Shown: piece after piece, positions 8,251 through 17,279 of the stretch
How the letters are laid out: each line of letters begins with the position of its first letter
Numbering within the stretch: position 1 is the first letter of the stretch
IMG/VR virus record: IMGVR_UViG_3300020470_000042
Span: 1 to 42,474 of that record
From: a virus
Lineage: Duplodnaviria; Caudoviricetes
Reading direction: 5' to 3' (one strand)
Length of the DNA: 42,474 nt
Position numbers and translations under genes: made by a program
Notes under the pieces: model-generated
Databases searched by the model: none
Told to the model about the DNA's origin: nothing
The model's input: only the letters and a program-made list of their open reading frames with translations

Positions 8251-10598
8251 TGGCAAAAGTAACTCCGATACAAACTAATTTTACCGGAGGTGAAATAAGT
8301 CCACGATTATTAGGTCGTGTGGATTTAACTAAATATTCTAGTTCTGTTCAAACCTGTGAAAACTTTATGGTTTTTCCCCATGGAGGAATTACTAAAAGAT
8401 CTGGTACTCAGTTTGTAGCTGAAGTAAAAAACAGCTCTCAAATAGTAAAGTTAGTTCCTTTTATTTTTAGTACTGTACAAGCTTATATTATTGAGTTTGG
8501 TCATCAGTATGTACGGTTTTATAGAAATGGAGGACAGATATTAGACAGCGGTTCTGCTTACGAAGTTACAAGTCCTTATGAGCAAGCAGACTTAGCTGAC
8601 TTAAAATTTACACAGTCTGCAGATATTTTATACTTATGCCATCCTGATTATCAACCCAGAAAATTAAGTAGAACTGGTCACACAACTTGGACATTTAGTA
8701 CTTTTGATCAAACAGATGGTCCTTTTGGAGAATCAAATACAACCACTACGACATTAAATCCTAGCGGTACTTCAGGTAGTATTACAATAGTTGCTAGTGC
8801 AACTACAGGAATCAACAGCAACACTGGTTTTCAATCAACTGACGTTGGTCGTCATATACGCATGTTTAGTAATTCTAAGTGGGGTTCTGCTAAAATCACA
8901 GCGGTTAATAGTACGACAAATGTTACCGCAACAACTTTTACTGGTTTTGACATGGGTGATGCTAATGCTACATCAACTTGGAAACTAGGTATTTGGTCTA
9001 ATACAACTGGATGGCCTACAACGGCTTCTTTTTATCAACAAAGGTTGTTTTTTGCAAACAATACTACTGCTCCAAATACAGTATGGTCTTCTAAATCCGG
9101 CGACTTTGAAACATTTTCTCCGACAGATAATACTGGAGCCGTTCAAGATGATTCAGGTCTAGATATGACTCTTGCTACAGACCAAGTAAATGCTATTCGC
9201 TGGTTATACGGAGCTAAGCAGCTTTTAGTAGGTACATCTGACGGTCCTTTTATTATATCTTCAGGATCAGATAACTTAGCTTTAACACCCACTAACGTTA
9301 CAGTAAATAGAGAAACTACCGACGGTACGGCTAACTTACGTCCAGTTGGTGCGTCAAGAGCTACTATATTTATTGATAGAACAAGAACAAAAATAAGAGA
9401 ATTAGCGTATAACTTAGAAGTAGATGGTTTTGCTACTCCTGATTTAACGCTAATTGCAGAACACATTACTGCTGGTAACGCTTTAGAACTAGCATATACA
9501 CGTTCCCCAGATAATTTAATTTGGACACTTTTAGATACTGGAGAATTACGTTGTTTAACATATGAACGAGATCAAGATGTTGTCGCTTGGCATAGGCACG
9601 TTATCGGAGGCATTTCAGGTTCTGCAACTATTACTGTTACGGACTATGCTAATATAGCAAATGATACAAAAATAATTTTTACAAAATCAGATGGTACAAC
9701 TACAACTTTTACTTCTGCTACCTCCGCTACTTCTGGAAAATTTCATACTACTTCTAGCAATAATCAAACAGCTACAAACTTAAAAACATTAATAGATGCT
9801 GATTCTAATTATACAGCAACAGTCGCTAGTAACGCGGTTACAATAAAAGAAACTTCTAGAACTGGAGAAGGTTTTATTACGATTGAGTCAGGTGATACTA
9901 CTAGATTGGCAATAACAAATCAAGGTCATTCTAAAGTAAAAAGTATTGCTGCTATTCCTTCAGCTGATGAATTACAAGAACAACTTTACATGATTGTTGA
10001 AAGAACTATAAATGGTGCTACAAAAAAATATGTGGAGTTTTTAACTAAATCTTTTGATCAAGCAAAAGGAGATCTTCCAAAAGACGCTTTTTTCGTTGAT
10101 AGCGGTTTATCATATAGCGGATCTGCTGTGACGTCTCTTTCTGGATTAGGTCACTTAGAAGGAGAAACAGTAAAAATTTTAGTTAATGGGACTAATCATC
10201 CTGATAAAATTGTTTCAAGTGGATCTATTAGTTTAGATAGTGCTGCTACTACAGCTGCTGTAGGTTTAAAATATAGAGCTTTAGTACGAACATTAGATCC
10301 TGAAGTACAAACAGAAGAAGGTCCATCTCAAGGTAAAACAAGAAGAGTTGAAAGAGTAACTGCTAGATTAGTTGATACTTATAATTTAAAAATAGGAGAT
10401 ACATTATCAAATTTGCAAGAAGTTTTATTTAGAACTTCTGATATTGCTATGGGAGAAATAGAACTATATACTGGAGATAAAAGATTATTATTAAATCATA
10501 CACCTAATAGGCAATTTGATTTATACTTTGTTCATGATGATCCTTTACCATGTACTATATTAGCAGTATTTTACGCTTTGGTTGTATCAGATAGGTAA
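8250..10598 (+). CDS. tail tubular protein B (nozzle, T7 gp12-like)
   Basis: TNFTGGEISPRL, QSADIL, FYQQRLFF, AWHRH and LGHLEGETV motifs. Confidence 0.9.
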   Translation: MAKVTPIQTNFTGGEISPRLLGRVDLTKYSSSVQTCENFMVFPHGGITKRSGTQFVAEVKNSSQIVKLVPFIFSTVQAYIIEFGHQYVRFYRNGGQILDSGSAYEVTSPYEQADLADLKFTQSADILYLCHPDYQPRKLSRTGHTTWTFSTFDQTDGPFGESNTTTTTLNPSGTSGSITIVASATTGINSNTGFQSTDVGRHIRMFSNSKWGSAKITAVNSTTNVTATTFTGFDMGDANATSTWKLGIWSNTTGWPTTASFYQQRLFFANNTTAPNTVWSSKSGDFETFSPTDNTGAVQDDSGLDMTLATDQVNAIRWLYGAKQLLVGTSDGPFIISSGSDNLALTPTNVTVNRETTDGTANLRPVGASRATIFIDRTRTKIRELAYNLEVDGFATPDLTLIAEHITAGNALELAYTRSPDNLIWTLLDTGELRCLTYERDQDVVAWHRHVIGGISGSATITVTDYANIANDTKIIFTKSDGTTTTFTSATSATSGKFHTTSSNNQTATNLKTLIDADSNYTATVASNAVTIKETSRTGEGFITIESGDTTRLAITNQGHSKVKSIAAIPSADELQEQLYMIVERTINGATKKYVEFLTKSFDQAKGDLPKDAFFVDSGLSYSGSAVTSLSGLGHLEGETVKILVNGTNHPDKIVSSGSISLDSAATTAAVGLKYRALVRTLDPEVQTEEGPSQGKTRRVERVTARLVDTYNLKIGDTLSNLQEVLFRTSDIAMGEIELYTGDKRLLLNHTPNRQFDLYFVHDDPLPCTILAVFYALVVSDR

Positions 10599-10612
10599 GA
10601 AAGGAGGTTAAT

Positions 10613-11104
10613 ATGTGCGTAACTGCAATGTATGCTATGATGGCAGCTAAAACTGTGGGAACTTTAGTTTCAGCAAAAGGAGCAAGAGATTCTGGCAGAG
10701 CAGCACAGCAAGCTCAAGAATTTAATGCTCAAATTGAAGAAGATAACGCACAGTTTGCTTTAGAGCAATCTGCTTACGAAGCAATGCGTCAAGAAGCACG
10801 AATTAAAAACCTCCTTGGTACTCAAAAAGCACAGTATGGAGCGTCGGGGGTTTTAATAAATTCAGGTTCAGCTATGTCAGTACTTGCTCAATCGATGACA
10901 GAAGGAGAAAAAGATAAAATGGCTATCAAATACGCAGGAGCTATGGAAGCTGAAAATAGATATAAACAAGCGGCTCTTTCTAGAATGCAGGGCGGTGCTG
11001 CTCTTAAAGCAGGTAAAACAAGGGCTGTTGGTACTGTTCTTACTGGAATAAGTGATACTAGCACGTCTTATATGGAAGGCAAAACTTTAGGATATTGGGT
11101 ATAA
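10613..11104 (+). CDS. small internal virion (ejection) protein, T7 gp14-like position
   Basis: MC start, Ala/Gln-rich helical, GASGV..GS motif; GAAAGGAGG RBS. Confidence 0.75.
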   Translation: MCVTAMYAMMAAKTVGTLVSAKGARDSGRAAQQAQEFNAQIEEDNAQFALEQSAYEAMRQEARIKNLLGTQKAQYGASGVLINSGSAMSVLAQSMTEGEKDKMAIKYAGAMEAENRYKQAALSRMQGGAALKAGKTRAVGTVLTGISDTSTSYMEGKTLGYWV

Positions 11105-11106
11105 AA

Positions 11107-13737
11107 ATGGTAAAAGTTCCAACATACTCGCAACAAGGCGGAGAAGTAGGTTTACCTACACGTAGATTTACTGGAATAAGTGGTCAAGGTATTCAAAATT
11201 TAATGGCTCCTGGTAGGGCCTTAGAGCAAGCTGGTAGACAAATTAATGCAGCTGCTACTAATGTAATGAATTACCAAATGGATCAGGATAAAAAAGAAGC
11301 TAAAATGTGGGTAATGTCTGCAGAAGCAAATCTTAGAGAAGACATGGCTGCATTACAAAATGATTTAGAAGCAGAAATAGATTTACAAAACTATATGAAC
11401 GACGAGTCTTTTAGAGACGGTTCTAGTCCTAATACTTTTAGTAATAGGTTAATGTCTGGCTTTGATCAAATTTTATCTTCTTCTGAAACAGGAGAAGATG
11501 GCAGTACAACGTCTAAATACCAGGCCCCAAATCAATTTGCAGAAGAACTGTGGTCTACACAACGTGAACAGCTTAGATCTTCTTATAATGTAAATGCAAT
11601 GAACTACGAAGCAAGCGTAAGATCTGCTGCTAAACTTCAGCAGCTAGAAAAAAGTTTAGATTCGTATTTTACTTTAGCAACAATGGAACCTGAAAAAATT
11701 GATGAGTTAATGCTATCAGTAGAATCATTAAAAGATTTAGACGATAACGATGATACTAATATGGCTGGTTTAGGGGGTATAAAACAAAAAGATTTAATCG
11801 GAGTTTCTGATGCAGCTGCTAACAAATTAGTTTATAGCGCTACTCAGGGTTTAATAAGAGATGATCCTTTTATGGCCTATGCTATATTAACAGATAACAA
11901 ATTAGGGGCAAACCACCCTTTAAATAAACACAAACATCATTTAACAGCTCCAGAATTGATAACTCTTTCTGAAAGAGCAAAGGTGGCAGCTTCAGTTGTA
12001 AGCAGAAAAGATTTAGCTACTTTAAGATCAACAATATCTCAACACGTTGTAAGTCTTACTTCTGGAGGTGATGGCTATGCTCCTTATAATACAGAAGTTG
12101 GTCTTGAAAACGCCATTGCTAATGTTTTTGGTGGCGAATATGGCCAAATAAAACTACAAATTTTACCAGATTTAAAAGATTTAGCAACTGAGTTTTATAA
12201 TGAATTTGTTCCTAAAATAAAAGTAGCAAGAAAAGTAGGACAGTTTTCTAATGCTATGGGAGGTTTTACGCAAGAAAAACTAGTAGAATTAGGTACAAGA
12301 CTTAATCAATTATTACAAACAGGAGAAGTTAGAGATGACATCGCAATTTTAGATTTACTAACTTCTAATGGAGCAGACGAAATAATTCCAGGAATTACTG
12401 ATTTAGGGACTACTGACTTAGCTGCGTTTATCGACTTAGTTATGCCTCAAATTACTCAGCAATTAACAACAAGATCTGAAGATCCAGCTTTAGCTGCTTT
12501 TAATTTAGGAGTTATTACGGGTCCTCAAGACGATGATCTTATACAAAAAATGCTTTTAGGTGGTGAAATTAAAACTTCTTTTATTAACGAAGGACATATA
12601 CAAGGTAATCCTCTGTCAACACCGTTTGGTAAGTGGACAGGCTCTTCAGATCAGCTTGATCAGATCAACGCGGTTTACGCCCAGTGGGGTGTTACTAGAC
12701 CTGAAATAATGCCTATTTTGCCTAAAGGTGAAGCACAAAAGTTAGTAGCTCAAGGATTAGCTTCAACTGGTGAAGATAGGGCTAATTTTTTAGATCAATT
12801 AAACAAAGAGTTTCCTGATCATTATGAACAAGTTTTACGTCAATTAACTACTATGAAAGGCGGATTAGGTTTAGACTTTCAAGTAATATCCGCTTTTGGA
12901 GGTAAAACAAATTCTGGATTGATGCTTGGTTTAGCTTCTTCTGCTGATGCACAAATTTTAACAGAGACGCTAAATAAAAATTTAAGTGGATCTGGTAGAA
13001 GAGCTACTGACTATGAACAAGCAGCTTACGCTATAAATAAAGATTTAGTTATGTCTTTTACTGGAGGAATACTGGGAAGAGAAGGAATATCTGCAGAACT
13101 TACCGAGTTATTAGTAAAAGCAGTTATGCAAGAAGGACTTAGTAAAAATATAAGTCCTCAAGCTGCAGCAGCAAATGTTAGAAAAACATTGGATGAACAA
13201 ATAACCGTTGCTCATGAAGAAGGTAGTTATTCATATTATGTTATAAAGGGCGTTCATAAGACTTCTAATAATGAGGCTGTGATTCCTGAATACGTTCAAG
13301 CCAATGTTGAAAGTCTACTAGATACTCAAGGAGAATTAGTTGAGTTTATTATAAATAACCAGGTTCAAATTCCTGGTTCTATTTCTGGAGAAGTTTCTAG
13401 AGACATAGCATTTCAAAGAGAATTTTTTAGTTCTTATTTAAAACAACACGCTGAGTGGGTAATGTCTGATGACAGTAACGGTTTAATGCTAGTTTATCCG
13501 GCATTAGCTGGATCTGAAGGAGCTTCTACAGGAGCTGGCGTTAAAATTCCTGTAGAAAATACCGACGGTAAACCAATTACAATTCCTTGGGAATATTTAA
13601 ACTTTCCTCAAAGACCAGGGTGGTATAGAGATAATGCTCCTACATGGCTAGGCGGTTTAGATCAAAGCGCAATAGATAGTATGATTCTTGAAAATATTGA
13701 AGGAGTAGACACTTTTAGACGTGGGATTAATCAATGA
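11107..13737 (+). CDS. internal virion (ejection) protein
   Basis: long helical ORF; probable start MVKVPTY at 11107 (track starts at 11095); position after the gp14-like gene. Confidence 0.7.
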   Translation: MVKVPTYSQQGGEVGLPTRRFTGISGQGIQNLMAPGRALEQAGRQINAAATNVMNYQMDQDKKEAKMWVMSAEANLREDMAALQNDLEAEIDLQNYMNDESFRDGSSPNTFSNRLMSGFDQILSSSETGEDGSTTSKYQAPNQFAEELWSTQREQLRSSYNVNAMNYEASVRSAAKLQQLEKSLDSYFTLATMEPEKIDELMLSVESLKDLDDNDDTNMAGLGGIKQKDLIGVSDAAANKLVYSATQGLIRDDPFMAYAILTDNKLGANHPLNKHKHHLTAPELITLSERAKVAASVVSRKDLATLRSTISQHVVSLTSGGDGYAPYNTEVGLENAIANVFGGEYGQIKLQILPDLKDLATEFYNEFVPKIKVARKVGQFSNAMGGFTQEKLVELGTRLNQLLQTGEVRDDIAILDLLTSNGADEIIPGITDLGTTDLAAFIDLVMPQITQQLTTRSEDPALAAFNLGVITGPQDDDLIQKMLLGGEIKTSFINEGHIQGNPLSTPFGKWTGSSDQLDQINAVYAQWGVTRPEIMPILPKGEAQKLVAQGLASTGEDRANFLDQLNKEFPDHYEQVLRQLTTMKGGLGLDFQVISAFGGKTNSGLMLGLASSADAQILTETLNKNLSGSGRRATDYEQAAYAINKDLVMSFTGGILGREGISAELTELLVKAVMQEGLSKNISPQAAAANVRKTLDEQITVAHEEGSYSYYVIKGVHKTSNNEAVIPEYVQANVESLLDTQGELVEFIINNQVQIPGSISGEVSRDIAFQREFFSSYLKQHAEWVMSDDSNGLMLVYPALAGSEGASTGAGVKIPVENTDGKPITIPWEYLNFPQRPGWYRDNAPTWLGGLDQSAIDSMILENIEGVDTFRRGINQ

Positions 13738-16700
13738 AAATTCAATATCCTAAATCTACGGGTTCTGAATTTAATAAATTTGGTGGACTTGATCTTTTAT
13801 CGGCTCACGGTGAAGTAGTTAACGAAGCAGCTAAAACTCGAGGCTGGCGTTATACAGGTTTCAGTTCTGCTGAACGTATGCTAGAAATATCTGATATACG
13901 TAAGTATGCTAAGCAATCTTCTGAAGAAAGAGAAAGATATACTCAATATCAACAAAGACAGTTAAGCATTGCTTCTCAATGGGCTCCTTTAACAGCAATG
14001 AACAGCAATGAAAATCAAATAAAAGAAAGGCATAAAGAGTTTTTTGAAGAGCACGGTGAAGTTAAGATGCTAACTCCAGATGCTGCTAATGAGCAGTATG
14101 GGATTGAAAATGAATTATCTTTTAGTGAACCAGTTTCTAATTTAGAAGCTCATGTATTACACGGAAGAAAACAAGAAGAAATTAAATTTAACTTTGCTTT
14201 AGATCGAGCTTACGGTTCTCAGTTTTGGAAAGGAATGGGCCTTGAATTAGTACAGGCGTTACTAGATCCAGCAATGGTTCCTTTACTTTTTATTCCTCCT
14301 CTTGGCGGAGCTAAAGTCACAGCAGCTTTAGGATTACAAGGAAGTAAGTTAGGAACAAGAGCAGTCACGGGAGGTTTAGCAGGTTTTTATGGGTCGTTAG
14401 CAATAGAACCATTAATTTACGGTGCAGCAACACAAGAACAAGCCCACTACAACCTTATAAATTCTTTAATGAATGTAACTTTTGGAACTGTAGCAGGAGG
14501 CGGTTTACATTCCGTTGGCGGAGCTGTTGTCGACGGACTTAGGTATATAAGAAAAAACAGGCATATGTCTGCTTTAAATACAGCTGTTAATCAAGCTGTA
14601 AATGGTGAATCTGTAGAAGTAAGTCCTATAGCTCATGGTAGTGATGAGCCACAATTTAATACAGTAGAGAGTAGCTTTGAAGGTAATCCTAATGGCAGAA
14701 ATTTTGAAGAAGGTCAAAATGTACCTATAGCCGATTCAAATGCTCCTGTTCAAAAAGGTATGACCGGGGAATATAAACCGCATAGTAACGTTGATGAATC
14801 GTTAGGATTAATTAAAAACGCAGAAAAAGCCAAAAACTTAAGTGGCGTAAAACTTAAGCAAGCTTTATCTAAGAGTAAAGATTTTTTAGAAGCTGTTGCA
14901 GAAGCAGCTAGACTAAAAACAAAGCAAAAACTTTTATTTAGGGTAAAAACTAAAAACGGAGATTTTGTTTTAGTCAGAGGTAAAGAAGGTGAACCTTTAC
15001 ATCTTTTTTCTAGTGACGATGCTTTTTCTGGTAAAACATGGTTAATGCAATATTCTGACGATTTTGCAGAAACAATAGGAGAAGCAACACAAACTGGTAT
15101 GCTTATGCATGGCGTTGATATGGCTAAATCCGATATTAACTATGCAGGAACTATAAAATTAGAAGAAGGGTTTTTACACCACGTTATTGAGGTAAACAAC
15201 GCGGATTTTAATCCTAAAATGAACCAAAAAGATGTTGTTATTGCTTCACCTAAAGACGCAGTAAAACTTTTTGAAGGAGATGCTAGTATTGGCGCTTTTG
15301 CAGATCAACTTCCTTCAGGTCCAACAGGTGTAAAAAGTCAACTAGGTCATTATGATAAATCAGAATTTTTATATGAACAAAAATTCCAGTTTGACGAACA
15401 GCTTTTAGATACCAATTTAAAACAAACAGGGGATCAAGCTGGTACTCAAAAAGGAGGCTTTTTTAAAGACGCTGCTACTAATACCGATTGGTACGTTAAA
15501 TACCCAAAAGATACAGATATAGCTAAATCAGAATTTTTAGCTGCTGTTATGTACCGATTATTTGGTGTTGAATATCCAGAGCCAAAACTAGTAGGGGATG
15601 CTTCAGGAAAAATTGTAGGTGTTGCATCTAAAATAATCCCAGGCGGGAAGATGCTTACACCAGATCAATTTGCTACATTACCGGAATCTGTAAGACAAGC
15701 GTTTTTAAAAGATTTACCTATTGATATGTTTTTAGGAAATTGGGACGTGGTAGGAAATGCTCCTAATTTTAATTTAATGCTACTTCCTAATGGAAAAATA
15801 ATACGGATTGATGCTGGTGGTTCTTTAATGTTTAGAGCTCAAGGAGGGTTAAAAGACCTAGACCCGAGTATTAAAGAATTTCAGTCTATGTTAAGTGCAA
15901 GTAAAAGTCCTCATATTTCTAAAATGGTACAAGACTTACAGCTTTTAAGCGTAGAAGAAGATTCGTTTTTTCATAATGCAATTAAAAAAATATTTCAAGC
16001 AGATCCTGAAGAATTGGAGGGAATTATTAGATCCGTAGGATTAAGTAAAGAAGTAGAAACAAATACTATCGCTTTTATAAATTCTAGACTTAATACTCTT
16101 AAACACAAAAATGCGGCATTTAGCGAAATAGCAAGTGAAACATCTTTTAAAAAAGGTACTATACTTGCTGGAAGTAACTCTGAAGCTAAAAAAGCTTTAA
16201 AGGCAATGAATGAACAAACCTCAGGAAGAGTTACTGAACAAGAAGGAAAACTAATCAGTTCGTACACTGGTTCTGGCCATATTTGGATGAACAGAGTTTT
16301 ACGTGGCGACGATCCGTTTGAAGCAGGTGTTAATTACTCGTCTGCTATGGATTGGGCTCAGATGTCAAAAAAATGGGATAAACTTATCGTTGATGATTCT
16401 AGAAATCTTAATCAAATAATAAAGAATATTACTAATGATTTTACTAAACAAGAAGACGATCTTGTAAAAGAAGCCATACGAAATTGGGTTAAAACTAAAA
16501 TAGTTCCAGGAATGAATAAAGCTTTTGATAAATTTACTGTTGATAAAAAATTAGAATTATGGCGAGGAGGCGTTCCGCTTCAAGCTTTTAATGGTATTAA
16601 AGGATTAAAATTAACAAATCAAAAAGGCAGTATTCATACAGCTAGAGCTATGATTGGTGAAACTATTAAAATGAATGGCTTTACTTCGTCTAGCCTTAGT

Positions 16701-17279
16701 AAATCATCTGCATCAACTTTTGGAAGTTTAGTAAAAATAAATACTAAGCCTGGCCAAAAAATGCTTTATGCTGATCAAAATCCTTATTGGAGTTATGGGA
16801 CAGTAGAATACGAAGTTTTACTTCCGCATGGTTCAACATATTTTATTAAAGACGTTATTCCAGATAATAGTTCTAAAGGATGGCATTTTGAGCTTGATTT
16901 GCTACTTCCAGGAGAAAAACCTTCAGTCAAAATGCCTATGGAAAGTTCTATTAAAATTGCTCAAAAGCACAAAGAAGCTCCGTCAAATGGTGTTGCTGAT
17001 ATAAATAACAATGACCCAGATCTACAAATAGATCCAAATCAGTCACAAACAACTTTAAAGCCAAATGCTTCTCATGATCTGGCAAATGTTACAAAAGAAA
17101 TAGATGACTTACAAGAATTATTAAATGCTGAAATTGCAAATATAGATCCTGCTTATGTAAAAGCTGCTACTGATGAAATTAAAAAAATTGATCTAGAAAG
17201 TAAAGAAGCCGTAAACATGGCAAAAGATTTATATGATGCTGCTAAAGCAGCAGCCGTGTGCATAAGGAGAGTAGCATGA
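13734..17279 (+). CDS. internal virion protein with inserted kinase-like and ADP-ribosyltransferase domains
   Basis: Gly-rich hydrophobic N-terminal region and AAAVC C-terminus like ejection proteins; kinase motifs GTQKGG, YVK, LGNWD, RIDAG; ART motifs YT...MN..LR, LWRG, FTSSS, EYEVLLP. Confidence 0.8.
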   Translation: MKIQYPKSTGSEFNKFGGLDLLSAHGEVVNEAAKTRGWRYTGFSSAERMLEISDIRKYAKQSSEERERYTQYQQRQLSIASQWAPLTAMNSNENQIKERHKEFFEEHGEVKMLTPDAANEQYGIENELSFSEPVSNLEAHVLHGRKQEEIKFNFALDRAYGSQFWKGMGLELVQALLDPAMVPLLFIPPLGGAKVTAALGLQGSKLGTRAVTGGLAGFYGSLAIEPLIYGAATQEQAHYNLINSLMNVTFGTVAGGGLHSVGGAVVDGLRYIRKNRHMSALNTAVNQAVNGESVEVSPIAHGSDEPQFNTVESSFEGNPNGRNFEEGQNVPIADSNAPVQKGMTGEYKPHSNVDESLGLIKNAEKAKNLSGVKLKQALSKSKDFLEAVAEAARLKTKQKLLFRVKTKNGDFVLVRGKEGEPLHLFSSDDAFSGKTWLMQYSDDFAETIGEATQTGMLMHGVDMAKSDINYAGTIKLEEGFLHHVIEVNNADFNPKMNQKDVVIASPKDAVKLFEGDASIGAFADQLPSGPTGVKSQLGHYDKSEFLYEQKFQFDEQLLDTNLKQTGDQAGTQKGGFFKDAATNTDWYVKYPKDTDIAKSEFLAAVMYRLFGVEYPEPKLVGDASGKIVGVASKIIPGGKMLTPDQFATLPESVRQAFLKDLPIDMFLGNWDVVGNAPNFNLMLLPNGKIIRIDAGGSLMFRAQGGLKDLDPSIKEFQSMLSASKSPHISKMVQDLQLLSVEEDSFFHNAIKKIFQADPEELEGIIRSVGLSKEVETNTIAFINSRLNTLKHKNAAFSEIASETSFKKGTILAGSNSEAKKALKAMNEQTSGRVTEQEGKLISSYTGSGHIWMNRVLRGDDPFEAGVNYSSAMDWAQMSKKWDKLIVDDSRNLNQIIKNITNDFTKQEDDLVKEAIRNWVKTKIVPGMNKAFDKFTVDKKLELWRGGVPLQAFNGIKGLKLTNQKGSIHTARAMIGETIKMNGFTSSSLSKSSASTFGSLVKINTKPGQKMLYADQNPYWSYGTVEYEVLLPHGSTYFIKDVIPDNSSKGWHFELDLLLPGEKPSVKMPMESSIKIAQKHKEAPSNGVADINNNDPDLQIDPNQSQTTLKPNASHDLANVTKEIDDLQELLNAEIANIDPAYVKAATDEIKKIDLESKEAVNMAKDLYDAAKAAAVCIRRVA

